Source: Terriglobales bacterium
GTDB lineage: Bacteria; Acidobacteriota; Terriglobia; Terriglobales; Acidobacteriaceae
Reading direction: 5' to 3'
Assembly (NCBI GenBank): GCA_035651655.1
Contig: DASRFG010000026.1
Location: forward strand, 24,499 to 48,498
Length of the DNA stretch: 24,000 bases
Shown here: one piece after another, positions 7,472 to 16,563 of the stretch
Numbering within the stretch: the first letter of the stretch is position 1
Layout: each line of letters starts with the position of its first letter
Position numbers and translations under genes: made by a program
The notes under the pieces: model-generated
Databases searched by the model: none
What the model was told of the DNA's origin: nothing
The model's input: only the letters and a program-made list of their open reading frames with translations

Positions 7472-8215
7472 TTACTTCGTACTGCCGACTACCCGGCTTT
7501 GGCCGGACTGATATACGCCTGACGTCCGAATATTGTTACGTTCCGCAGGACGGTTGTACTGCTCCAGCCACTGACAGAGAGATTCGGCCGCCTTATCGCT
7601 GTTCACCTTCAGACGCACGAAATTGCTCCAGAGCCACGGCCGCAGCCCGGCAAAAAACACGAAACTTGCGGTGCGGAATCTCCCTTCTGATGTAATGAAA
7701 CGGTCCAACTCAGGCAGTTCAAAATCCAATTCGTCCGAAATCACCTTGTATGCCGCGAACCGAACCCCACGGGCCTGGGCGCCGCGCGCGACCGCTGCTG
7801 CTTCCATGTCGATTGCCTGGGCACTATAAACCTGAGCCAGTTTCCTCTTCTGCTCCGCTCCCGCAACTGAACCGAGACTGAGTAACACACCATCGCCTGC
7901 ATTAATCTCGACGGTGCTCCCGTCGGAAACGTCCACAATGCTCCGCGGAATGAATGAATCGCCGACCTTGAGCGCCGGATCAAGCGCGCCCGCAAATCCC
8001 GCCGATATCACCATCTCGGGCTGATACAGCACAATGATCGCCTCGCATGCTCGGCGCGCGGCCTCTGGCCCTATGCCAGCGCAAACCAGGACGGCTTGGT
8101 CGTTTTCGTAAAATCTGAAACGACGGCCACCATGATCGCGCCGCACGATGCGCCAGTCGCCAATGGCGCCGCGAACCTCGCGCTCCAGGGCGCTTATGAT
8201 GGCGGTCCTAGGCAT
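7472..8215 (-). CDS. hpnG: Hopanoid-associated phosphorylase/nucleosidase HpnG (PNP/UDP phosphorylase family)
   Basis: It has the nucleoside phosphorylase fold pattern (VLVCAGIGPEAA..., ISAGFAGAL, AIDMEAAAVA). It sits between hpnA and the dehydrogenases in the hopanoid operon, and its start overlaps the hpnA stop by 8 nt. Confidence 0.8.
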   Translation of the reverse strand: MPRTAIISALEREVRGAIGDWRIVRRDHGGRRFRFYENDQAVLVCAGIGPEAARRACEAIIVLYQPEMVISAGFAGALDPALKVGDSFIPRSIVDVSDGSTVEINAGDGVLLSLGSVAGAEQKRKLAQVYSAQAIDMEAAAVARGAQARGVRFAAYKVISDELDFELPELDRFITSEGRFRTASFVFFAGLRPWLWSNFVRLKVNSDKAAESLCQWLEQYNRPAERNNIRTSGVYQSGQSRVVGSTK

Positions 8216-9194
8216 ATCCCTGCTCCCGGAACCACTCCACGGCGCGGCGCAACGCGCCTTCTACCGGTGAAATTTTCCAACCCAGCTCGCGCTCGGCCTT
8301 TGCGGACGAAGCAAACATTTTCTTTCGACCCATGCGGACCGCGTCCAGCGTCACCCGCGGCTCGCGACGTAACACTAAGCCGGTGAACACCGTGTCCACC
8401 ACACCCGTGGCTAGTGCCACGGCATACGGTAATCTAACTTTCGGGGAGCGCAGGCCCGTGATGGCGGCCAGCTTGTCCAGAATCTGTTTCAAGGTCAGAT
8501 TTTCGCCACCTAATATGTAGCGCTCACCACTCCTGCCTCGTTCCATCGCCGCTACGTGCCCGCGGGCCACTTCCGCCACATCCACCACATTCAGGCCGGT
8601 GTCCACGTATGCGGGAAACTTGCGCTTTAAAAAATCCACGATGATGCGCCCGGTGGGGGTGGGCTTTATGTCGCGCTCGCCAACCGGGGTGGTGGGATTC
8701 ACCACCACTACATCGGAACCACTGCGACCAGCTTCGAGCGCTACCTGCTCCGCCTGAAACTTTGACCGCTTATAGTGGCCGATCATGTTGTCGAGACTGA
8801 CCGGGGAGTCTTCATCCGCGAGATGCCCATTGGACGTGAAACCCATTGTGGCCACGCTGCTGGTATAGATCACGCGCCGCACGCCCTGCCGCTGCGCCGC
8901 TTGAATAATCCCCCGGGTACCCTCCACGTTGCAGGCATACATCTCCTCGGGACGCCGTGTCCACAGGCGATAATCGGCAGCCACGTGGAAGACAAATTCA
9001 CACCCTGTCATGGCACTGCCCAGCGCATTCGGCTGACGCAGGTCGCCGATCACCCGCTCGGCGGGAATATCATCAATGTTGGCAGTCGGGCTGGTGGAGC
9101 GGACCAGCAGGCGCAACTCAGCGCCTTGTTGAGCGAGAAGGCGGGCGACATGGCTGCCGACGAAACCCGTAGCTCCGGTGACAAACACCTTCAT
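8208..9194 (-). CDS. hpnA: Hopanoid-associated NAD-dependent sugar epimerase/reductase HpnA (extended SDR)
   Basis: N-terminal MKVFVTGATGFVGSHVARLL (a GxxGxxG Rossmann motif) and the YxxxK active-site motif in HYKRSK. It is about 330 aa, like dihydroflavonol-reductase-type SDRs, and sits in an hpn context. Confidence 0.8.
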   Translation of the reverse strand: MKVFVTGATGFVGSHVARLLAQQGAELRLLVRSTSPTANIDDIPAERVIGDLRQPNALGSAMTGCEFVFHVAADYRLWTRRPEEMYACNVEGTRGIIQAAQRQGVRRVIYTSSVATMGFTSNGHLADEDSPVSLDNMIGHYKRSKFQAEQVALEAGRSGSDVVVVNPTTPVGERDIKPTPTGRIIVDFLKRKFPAYVDTGLNVVDVAEVARGHVAAMERGRSGERYILGGENLTLKQILDKLAAITGLRSPKVRLPYAVALATGVVDTVFTGLVLRREPRVTLDAVRMGRKKMFASSAKAERELGWKISPVEGALRRAVEWFREQGYA

Positions 9195-9212
9195 CGGAAT
9201 GCGCAGCCGCCG

Positions 9213-9644
9213 CTACTCGAGCTTTTCCGGATGGAGCGAAATGCTCTCACCCGCCATCTTCTTCTGCCAATACTGGCGGACCCATGTCTCCCAGCTCTTG
9301 CCCGCAGCCATGTCGCGCCCGGTGAAGGCCAGCGCCGCAATGTCGGAATAGGAGACTGACGTCTTCTGGTTATCCTGCGAGATGATCCGTACCAAAGAGT
9401 CAGCCAGCGTGCGCCCGTTGCGCCGGTCGAAGATATAGCCTTCGATCTTCGAACCATCCTTGCGAGTAATCAGCACATCACCGCGATAATCGAATGCCTG
9501 CTCCAAAGCAGCGCGGAGTTCTTCATCGCTCGCAAGTTCCGGGACCCAGCCTTGCAATTGCTCGTGAGCGGCGCCGGGAGCAACTTCCAGGGCGTCGGTA
9601 TCCAACTCTGTCGAAAGGTCTTTTGCCGGATCGCCCGCGTTCAT
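9213..9644 (-). CDS. Hypothetical 143-aa soluble protein, translationally coupled to hpnH
   Basis: Its ATG (9642-9644) overlaps the hpnH TGA (9641-9643) as ATGA. It has an acidic N-terminus followed by a strand-rich region, YRGDVLITRKDGSKIEGYIFDRRNG...VRIISQDN. I do not recognise the family. It is coding-like in composition and embedded in the operon. Confidence 0.6.
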   Translation of the reverse strand: MNAGDPAKDLSTELDTDALEVAPGAAHEQLQGWVPELASDEELRAALEQAFDYRGDVLITRKDGSKIEGYIFDRRNGRTLADSLVRIISQDNQKTSVSYSDIAALAFTGRDMAAGKSWETWVRQYWQKKMAGESISLHPEKLE

Positions 9645-10762
9645 ACCCGCGTCTCCTGCTGCGAATCGCTCTCAATTTGAACCAGCGGATTGAAGCTGTG
9701 CACCGGTCGAATTGGTTCATTCAGCAGATCGAGGGCGCCGCGATCTTCGTAGCGGTTGGAGAAAGTGGCCCGCACCGTCTCCCACAGCCCGCGCAGAGAA
9801 CTAAAAGTGTCATTCACCGCAGAGGCCTCATAGCCGCTGTGCACCATGCAGTTGGCGCATTTCGGATTACCTGACTCCGTGCCGTAGCGTTCCCAGTCCG
9901 TGGTTTCCAGAAGCTCCTTAAATGTGTCGGCGTAGCCGTCCTGCAGCAGATAGCAGGGCTTCTGCCAACCAAAGACGTTAAATGTCGGCATTCCCCAGGG
10001 AGTGCATGCATAATCGCGCTTTCCCATCAAGAACTCGAGAAATAGTGGAGACATGTTGAATCTCCAGTTCTTTTTACGATTGGAAAGAATTCCCCGGAAC
10101 AATCGCCGGGTACGCGCCCTTCCCAGAAAATGGCTCTGGTCCGGCGCTTTGTCGTATGAGTAGCCGGGAGAGAGCATCATGCCCTCGACTCCGAGTTCCA
10201 TCATCTGATCGAAGAAAGCCCGCACGCTGTTGGGGTCGGCGCCATCAAATAGCGTCGTGTTGGTAGTAACGCGGAAGCCGCGATTCAGGGCTTCTTTGAT
10301 TCCTTCGAGCGCCTTGTCGTAACCACCTTCCAGGCACACCGAAAAGTCGTGGTGTTCCCGTTCGCCATCCATGTGGACGGAGAAGGTCAGGTACTTGCTG
10401 GGCGTAAACAGGTGAATTTTCTGCTTGAGCAGCAGCGCGTTGGTGCAGAGATAAATATATTTCTTGCGCTTCACCAATCCCGCAACAATCTCGCCGATCT
10501 TGGGATGCAGCAGGGGCTCGCCACCGGGAATGGCCACGGTGGGAGCACCGCACTCATCTACCGCGCGGAAGCATTCCTCCGGGGTCAGGTCCATCTTCAG
10601 GACGTGGGCGGGGTACTGAATCTTGCCGCAGCCGGCACAAGCCAGATTACAGCGGAAAAGGGGCTCCAGCATCAGCACAAGCGGATACTGCTTACGTCGC
10701 TTGAGCTTCTGCTTAAGGACGTATGTTGCCACCGTCCACATCTGCGAAATCGGTACTGCCAT
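9641..10762 (-). CDS. hpnH: Radical SAM adenosylhopane synthase HpnH
   Basis: The radical-SAM cluster motif CNLACAGC is encoded at 10628-10651. The protein begins MAVPISQMWTVATYVLKQKLKRRKQYPLVLMLEPLFRCNL and has a C-terminal Cys-rich region (CANCMVHSGYE) typical of HpnH. It lies directly downstream of shc. Confidence 0.9.
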   Translation of the reverse strand: MAVPISQMWTVATYVLKQKLKRRKQYPLVLMLEPLFRCNLACAGCGKIQYPAHVLKMDLTPEECFRAVDECGAPTVAIPGGEPLLHPKIGEIVAGLVKRKKYIYLCTNALLLKQKIHLFTPSKYLTFSVHMDGEREHHDFSVCLEGGYDKALEGIKEALNRGFRVTTNTTLFDGADPNSVRAFFDQMMELGVEGMMLSPGYSYDKAPDQSHFLGRARTRRLFRGILSNRKKNWRFNMSPLFLEFLMGKRDYACTPWGMPTFNVFGWQKPCYLLQDGYADTFKELLETTDWERYGTESGNPKCANCMVHSGYEASAVNDTFSSLRGLWETVRATFSNRYEDRGALDLLNEPIRPVHSFNPLVQIESDSQQETRV

Positions 10763-10790
10763 TCTTCTCCCTCGGTCCCCGTTGGTCCCG

Positions 10791-12767
10791 TTAAACCGAT
10801 CCAGCCATGTTGTTCACTGCGGCAATCACCTTGGCGTAGGTGGTCAAAGCCAGCAGCGCGAAATATTGCCTGTACAAGTGATAGCTCAAATAGAAAACGC
10901 GGGGAAACCCGGTGCCAGTAAAAGACTCTTCTTCCCACGAACCGTCTTTTTTCTGGGTCTTCAGCAAATAGGCAATGCCCCGGACCACAGAATCGCTACG
11001 AGTATCTGCCGCGGCCAGCAGGCCCAGTATTGCCCAGGCGGTTTGCGAGGGTGTGCTTGGACCGATGCCCTTGACCGTAGAGTCGTCGTAGGACCCGCAG
11101 GTCTCTCCCCAGCCCCCATCAGGGTTCTGGATCGAGCGCAACCATTCCGCTCCGTGCTGGATGCAGGATTCGTGATGATCCACGCCCATCGCTTCCAACC
11201 CGCGCAGCACCTGCATGGTGCCGTAGATGTAGTTGACACCCCAGCGCCCAAACCACGAACCATCCGGCTCCTGCTCGCTCTGAATGAATTGGATGGCGCG
11301 CTTCACGGCTACAGAGTCACGGGTGTAGCCGTAGGCGGCCAGCATCTCCAGTACCCGCCCGGTGATGTCAACGGTGGGCGGATCAAGCATGGCGTTGTGA
11401 TCGGCAAAGGGAATGTGTTGAAAAACCATCTTGTCGTTGTCTTTGTCGAACGACGCAAAGCCGCCATTCTTACACTGCATGGAAAGCACCCAATCAATGG
11501 CGCGCTGCACCGACTCGCGCTGATAACGTCCATTGGGGTGCTCGACGTGACTGAGCCCGAGATTCACCATGGCAGTGTCGTCCACATCAGGGTAGAACTC
11601 GTTGTTGAACTCGAAGTACCAACCGCCCGGTGCTGCTTTACGATTCTTAACCGCCCAATCGCCCTTATGCGTGACCTGTTTTTGCAGCATCCATTCAGCG
11701 GCAGCAACCATACGTGGCTCGGTGGGCGGAACTCCGCTCTCGCCCAACGCAAACAGGGCATAAGCCGTGTCCCATACCGGCGATTTAGCTGGCTGCATGC
11801 GGAAGCTGTCTTCTTCCTCGATTCCGAGCGCCTCGAATTCGTCCATCGCCCGGATGAATTGCGGATCATCTGCCGAGTAACCCAAACAGCGCAGAGCGAT
11901 GATGGAGTTCATGATGCCGGGGAAGATCGCGCCCAGGCCGTCGCTCATTTCGAACCGCTCGAGCATCCATTTCTCGGCAGCGCGCAGCGCGATCGAGCGC
12001 AGGGGACGTACGTGCACGCGCTCGAACCAGTGGGTCATGCGATCGAGAAACAGGAAGAAGTTTCGCCACGAAACCAGTTTTGGCGACCACTTCAGGTGCA
12101 TGTTGGTGCCCTGCCATCCATTGGGGAACAATTCAGCGATGCCGCGTTCGACAGGAATTTTCTTAAATGGCTTTTTGGCGTACGCAATCGACAGCGGCAC
12201 CAGGATGGCGCGTGACCATGATGAAATCTCGTAAATATTGAACCAGAACCATTTCGGAAACAGAACAATCTCCGGTGGAATCGCCGGTACCGCGTCGTAG
12301 TCGTATTGCCCGAAAAAGCAGAGATAGATCTTAGTAAAAGTGTTGATCCCGGTAACGCCGCCGAGTGCGAAGATGCAATCGCGGGCACGCTCCATCGCAG
12401 GATGGTCCGCTTCATAACCAGCCAGCTTCAGGCCGAAGTACGCTTTCACTGTGGCGCTGATGTTGGAAGGCCCACCTTCGTAGATGCTCCAACCGCCGTC
12501 ATCGTTCTGGCCTTGAAGTATGGTATGGGCGGACTTGGTAATACGCTCCGGCCTGCCGGTGCCTAGAAGGGTGTGGAGCAGGATATAGTCCGATTCAAGC
12601 GTGGTATCGGCTTCCAATTCGCCACACCAATAGCCACGCTCGTCTTGTTGGGAAAAGAGGAACTTCCGCGCGGCATCGGCAGCCGCCATTACACGGCTCT
12701 TGAGATCGTCAATTTTGCCGAAACGCATCTGCGGGGCGATCGGCGTACTCCCCGAGATATCCTCCAT
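10791..12767 (-). CDS. shc: Squalene-hopene cyclase
   Basis: The catalytic DVDDTA motif is encoded at 11572-11589. There are multiple QW-type repeats (e.g. QNDDGGW, QNPDGGWGE, QKKDGSWEE). I chose ATG 12767 (MEDISGS...), 5 nt after the ispH stop. The track start at 12980 would overlap ispH by about 200 nt. Confidence 0.93.
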   Translation of the reverse strand: MEDISGSTPIAPQMRFGKIDDLKSRVMAAADAARKFLFSQQDERGYWCGELEADTTLESDYILLHTLLGTGRPERITKSAHTILQGQNDDGGWSIYEGGPSNISATVKAYFGLKLAGYEADHPAMERARDCIFALGGVTGINTFTKIYLCFFGQYDYDAVPAIPPEIVLFPKWFWFNIYEISSWSRAILVPLSIAYAKKPFKKIPVERGIAELFPNGWQGTNMHLKWSPKLVSWRNFFLFLDRMTHWFERVHVRPLRSIALRAAEKWMLERFEMSDGLGAIFPGIMNSIIALRCLGYSADDPQFIRAMDEFEALGIEEEDSFRMQPAKSPVWDTAYALFALGESGVPPTEPRMVAAAEWMLQKQVTHKGDWAVKNRKAAPGGWYFEFNNEFYPDVDDTAMVNLGLSHVEHPNGRYQRESVQRAIDWVLSMQCKNGGFASFDKDNDKMVFQHIPFADHNAMLDPPTVDITGRVLEMLAAYGYTRDSVAVKRAIQFIQSEQEPDGSWFGRWGVNYIYGTMQVLRGLEAMGVDHHESCIQHGAEWLRSIQNPDGGWGETCGSYDDSTVKGIGPSTPSQTAWAILGLLAAADTRSDSVVRGIAYLLKTQKKDGSWEEESFTGTGFPRVFYLSYHLYRQYFALLALTTYAKVIAAVNNMAGSV

Positions 12768-12772
12768 GCCAT

Positions 12773-13756
12773 TCACTCCGCTGGGGCGCCTGCAGGCGCA
12801 CTGGCAATGGCTTCCACGATCTCCGGCGGCAGTCCAAAGCGAACGTTTTCCGGCATGACCTCGACTTCGCGTAGATTGTCGAAACCCTTGCTTGAGAGGA
12901 ACTCCACCACCTCTTCCACTAATACTTCCGGCGCCGATGCCCCAGCCGTCAGGGCGATCGTGTTGACCCCTTCCAGCCATTCTGGCCGTATCGCGCGGCA
13001 GTTCTCGATCAGGTAGGAAGCGGTCCCCTGGTTACGCGCCACCTCGACCAGGCGGTTGGAGTTGGAACTGTTGTCCGAGCCTACGACGAGCAGCAGGTCG
13101 GCATCACCGGCCACATGCTTCACCGCGAGTTGACGGTTCTCAGTGGCGTAACAGATGTCTTGCGCGGCCGGTCCCGTGATGTTGGGGAAACGCTGTTTCA
13201 AAGCTTCGATGATCCCGGTGGTCTCGTCCAGGCTCAATGTGGTCTGAGTGAGGTAGGCGACCCGGTCAGGGTCGGGCACCACCAAAGATGCTACCTGTTC
13301 GGGAGTGCCAACTACCTGTGTAACCAAGGGCGCTTCGCCCAAAGTTCCAATTACTTCATCATGGTCGCGGTGGCCAATCAGGATGAGCGTATAACCCTCG
13401 CGGGCGAACTTTACCGCCTCCACGTGTACCTTTGTGACCAGCGGACAGGTGGCATCAATCACCCGCAGCTGGCGCCCCTGGCTTCCCTCCCGTACTTCAG
13501 GTGAGACCCCGTGGGCACTGTAAATTACGCGTTCGCCGTGGGGGACTTCATCAACGCTATCTACGAAAATCGCGCCCTTGGCCGAAAGCTCCTCCACCAC
13601 GAAGCGATTGTGTACTATTTCCTTGCGCACGTAGATGGGCGGGCCAAATGTCTCCAAGGCTATGCGGACGATGTCAATGGCCCGTACTACGCCAGCGCAG
13701 AATCCGCGCGGCTTCAAAAGTAGCAACGTTTTGCCGTTCAATGGCTTTGCCGTCAT
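12773..13756 (-). CDS. ispH: 4-hydroxy-3-methylbut-2-enyl diphosphate reductase (IspH/LytB)
   Basis: It has PRGFCAGVVRAIDIV, HNRFVVEEL, SAHGVSPEV, ATCPLVTKVH and SSNSNRL, which are canonical IspH blocks containing the three cluster cysteines. Confidence 0.92.
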   Translation of the reverse strand: MTAKPLNGKTLLLLKPRGFCAGVVRAIDIVRIALETFGPPIYVRKEIVHNRFVVEELSAKGAIFVDSVDEVPHGERVIYSAHGVSPEVREGSQGRQLRVIDATCPLVTKVHVEAVKFAREGYTLILIGHRDHDEVIGTLGEAPLVTQVVGTPEQVASLVVPDPDRVAYLTQTTLSLDETTGIIEALKQRFPNITGPAAQDICYATENRQLAVKHVAGDADLLLVVGSDNSSNSNRLVEVARNQGTASYLIENCRAIRPEWLEGVNTIALTAGASAPEVLVEEVVEFLSSKGFDNLREVEVMPENVRFGLPPEIVEAIASAPAGAPAE

Positions 13757-13922
13757 TCAATACCTTTAAAGGCTAGTCTCCCCCACAGTATAACCTTCCA
13801 AGGCTATCGCAAAAAGCTGCACTTCGGCAACGTAACCCACACAAACACCAAGCATTAGCATTGTTCTGCCGATTTCTGCAGTGAATGGAGAGGGTATGGG
13901 GACGGCGCGCTTCTGGGCCCCA

Positions 13923-15623
13923 TCAGGCATTGGCCTTGAGCATCTGCTCGGCATTCTTGCGGGAGGCCTCGGTAAGGGCAGCTCCACTAAGCATACGGGC
14001 GACTTCCTCGGTCCTCTCAGCGCCTGAAATCCTGCGAACCGACGCGCGGGTGCGCCCAGAGACGGTCTTCTTCTCGATCAAGTAGTGCTGGTCCGCAAAG
14101 GTGGCGATCTGCGGCAGATGGGTAACGCATACCACCTGGCTGCTCTGCGCCAACTCCTTAAGTTTTCGACCCACGGCCTCTGCCGCCCCGCCTCCGATGC
14201 CGGTATCAATTTCGTCGAAAACCAGGGTACGCTGCGCAGTCTTACTCCGACGGCGACCGCCGCCCGTTGTGCCCACCTCGACGCTTGCCTTGAGCGCAAG
14301 CATCACCCGGGAAAGCTCCCCGCCCGAGGCGATCTGCTCCAGGGGCTTCAACGGTTCCCCAGGGTTCGTGGCAATCAGGTATTCGGTTTGATCGAAGCCA
14401 GCGGTTGTCCAGCGCGATTCTTCTTCCGAAGCCGATACAACAATCTTGAACTGCGCTTTCATGGCGAGCTGATTTACTTCGTGCTCGACCAGTTTCTCCA
14501 GCTTGCGCGCCGCTTCCAGTCGCCGCTTCGACAATGACCGGGCGGCGGTGACGTAGTGCTCCCCTGCCGTGGCCAGTTGAAGGTGGAGCTGGCGCAGAAC
14601 GTCGTCCTTATTGTCCATCTCATCAAGCTTGCGCGCCAGATCGGCGGCGAATGCGATTACCTGCGTTATTGTGGCCCCGTACTTGCGCTTTAGCTGAGCG
14701 AGCGCGGCCAAGCGGTCTTCGATTTCGGCCAGGCGCTCGGGCGAGGCCTGAATACCAGCCGCATAGTCGCGCAAGGTCGTTCCCACATCTTCCACATTGA
14801 TTCGTGCTGAATCCACGGCGGCCTGGGTTTCTAGAAACTTGGGCTCATATTGCGCCAGGACTTCGATTTGCCGCTGAGCGGCTCGCAGAGAGGCGGCCGC
14901 TGAAGACGCGCCTTCATACAGTAAGTCGTAAGCAGCCATGGCAGCGGTGTAAATTTTCTCCGCGCTCGCCAGAACGCGTTTTTCAGTCTCCAGCAGTTCA
15001 TCTTCTCCCGGCTGGGGACGCACAGCTTCGATTTCGTTCTTCTGGAAATTCCACAAGTCGAGCAGGCGAAGGCGGTCCTGCTCGTCTCCTTCAAGCTCGG
15101 CGATGCGCCTACGGACCGCAGTCCACTCGGCAAAGGCCTTCTCGACCGGCTGAAGGTCGCTCTCCGCAAACTGGTCGAGCAATTCGAGCCTGACGGCAGC
15201 ATTGAATGAAACCAGTGACTCGTTTTGCGCGTGAATGATCGCAAGACTAGGTGCAAGCTGCCGCAATACCGCCAGCGTGGCGGGTTGGTTGTTCACGAAG
15301 ACGCGGCCTTTGCCGTTGCTTGCGATTTCGCGGCGCACGATGATTTCGTCGCCTTCCGAATCCAAGCCGTTGGCCTCGAGCACTTGCGCGACGCGCTTCG
15401 CCTCGCCGCCTTGGGTCTCAAATACGGCCGCGACTATGGCACGATCGGCACCGTGGCGGACCACATCCGTGGACGATTTATCACCCAGCAGCAGCGCCAG
15501 AGCATCGATCAGAATGGATTTGCCGGCGCCGGTTTCGCCGGTCAGCAGATTCAGGCCGGCCGCGAACTCCACCACCACGTTGTCAATGACCGCGTAGTTC
15601 TCCAGCCGCAGCTCGAGGAGCAC
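13923..15623 (-). CDS. recN: DNA repair protein RecN
   Basis: It has the N-terminal Walker A motif LTGETGAGKS, a long coiled-coil middle, the C-terminal signature ASGGELSRVMLAL and the Walker B motif LVFDEIDTGIGG. The start codon is GTG. Confidence 0.92.
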   Translation of the reverse strand: MLLELRLENYAVIDNVVVEFAAGLNLLTGETGAGKSILIDALALLLGDKSSTDVVRHGADRAIVAAVFETQGGEAKRVAQVLEANGLDSEGDEIIVRREIASNGKGRVFVNNQPATLAVLRQLAPSLAIIHAQNESLVSFNAAVRLELLDQFAESDLQPVEKAFAEWTAVRRRIAELEGDEQDRLRLLDLWNFQKNEIEAVRPQPGEDELLETEKRVLASAEKIYTAAMAAYDLLYEGASSAAASLRAAQRQIEVLAQYEPKFLETQAAVDSARINVEDVGTTLRDYAAGIQASPERLAEIEDRLAALAQLKRKYGATITQVIAFAADLARKLDEMDNKDDVLRQLHLQLATAGEHYVTAARSLSKRRLEAARKLEKLVEHEVNQLAMKAQFKIVVSASEEESRWTTAGFDQTEYLIATNPGEPLKPLEQIASGGELSRVMLALKASVEVGTTGGGRRRSKTAQRTLVFDEIDTGIGGGAAEAVGRKLKELAQSSQVVCVTHLPQIATFADQHYLIEKKTVSGRTRASVRRISGAERTEEVARMLSGAALTEASRKNAEQMLKANA

Positions 15624-15851
15624 CGTGAAGTCCTGTAAATTGAGTTCTGTTGCGGCGAGAATACCATATAGGTCGACGAGTACCAGCCTTGATTCGTGGT
15701 CCTCGAATCAGTGGGTTCTCCACAGGTTACCCAGCATCTCTGGAGATATAATGAGCGAACGCCACTAGAAAAAATTCTCGCGAAGAACGGAGGTTGAGGG
15801 CGCGAGCGCGTCTTCACATCAATGGTCAATCCCTGTGTGATTGGATTTGCA

Positions 15852-16562
15852 ATGGGTAGCGAAGTCCTAGAGTTGGTGCTGCAAAGCGGCCCGGTGGCCA
15901 AAATCGTACTTCTTATCCTGCTAGGTTTCAGCGTTCTTTCCTGGGCGATTATTCTTTCGAAATGGAATGCGCTACGCCGGGTGCGGGTGCAGAGCGCCCG
16001 TTTCTTGCGCGCTTTTCGAAAGGCAACGCGCCTGCAAGATATTGCCGCCGTGGCCGATCAGTTTAAGCCAAGTCCGCTGGCCGCGGTTTTCGAGGGAGCA
16101 AATGAGGAATATCGTCGCCAGGTGGGTCCGAACGGGGTTGTAAAAAGCCTGGGCGCAATTCAGCGGGCCATGCAGATTGCTTCTTCGGAAGAGCTGACCC
16201 GGCTGGAGAGGCGATTACCCTGGCTCGCCACCACCGGCGCGGTCACGCCATTCGTGGGCCTGTTCGGAACGGTGTGGGGAATCATTGACGCGTTCCAGGG
16301 GCTGGGCACCGCGGGCGCGGCGACGTTGCGTGCGGTTGCGCCAGGCATTTCCGAAGCCTTGATCACGACCGCCGCGGGTCTGTTCGCCGCAATTCCGGCA
16401 GTGATCGCGTACAACTTCTTCAGCCAGCAGATTCGCGAGTTTGCGGCGCGCAGTGACGACTTTGCACTGGAACTGATGAACGCTCTTGAACGTAGCCAGC
16501 CACAGCCGGTGCAGCCCCAGCCCTCGCATCGCAGCGCAGTGCTATCCGAGGTCCGCGACTAA
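15852..16562 (+). CDS. tolQ: Tol-Pal system protein TolQ (MotA/TolQ/ExbB proton channel)
   Basis: It has three TM segments and the motif LATTGAVTPFVGLFGTVWGIIDAF...ISEALITTAAGL. It is followed by tolR. I prefer ATG 15852; the track start is at 15822. Confidence 0.88.
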   Translation: MGSEVLELVLQSGPVAKIVLLILLGFSVLSWAIILSKWNALRRVRVQSARFLRAFRKATRLQDIAAVADQFKPSPLAAVFEGANEEYRRQVGPNGVVKSLGAIQRAMQIASSEELTRLERRLPWLATTGAVTPFVGLFGTVWGIIDAFQGLGTAGAATLRAVAPGISEALITTAAGLFAAIPAVIAYNFFSQQIREFAARSDDFALELMNALERSQPQPVQPQPSHRSAVLSEVRD

Positions 16563-16563
16563 G

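Noticed and set aside
10774-10792. Imperfect tandem repeat GGTCCCCGTT/GGTCCCGTT in the shc-hpnH spacer
   Set aside because: It has only two short units overlapping the shc stop codon and lying next to the hpnH Shine-Dalgarno. It is too small to interpret.
10623-12215. 530-aa ORF on the plus strand, the longest plus-strand ORF in the left half of the window
   Set aside because: It lies entirely antisense to shc and the hpnH 5' end, both of which carry unmistakable family motifs. Its translation is Arg/Gly/Ala/His-rich with no motifs, which is typical of a GC-rich shadow ORF.
12768-12980. N-terminal 71-aa extension of the shc ORF (MAGRGQHDRPDGWG...)
   Set aside because: It would overlap the ispH 3' end by about 200 nt and is Gly/Arg-rich junk. 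ATG 12767 gives a normal SHC N-terminus 5 nt after the ispH stop. The same logic applies to the hpnE extension at 3317-3442, which overlaps hpnD.
15715-15729. GTTC-N7-GTTA, a one-mismatch version of the GTTCN7GTTC direct-repeat LexA box, about 95 nt upstream of recN
   Set aside because: It is a single imperfect copy, the LexA motif of this lineage is not known to me, and a 7-of-8 match is expected by chance in a region this size. It is worth revisiting only with a genome-wide motif search upstream of lexA, recA and uvrA.
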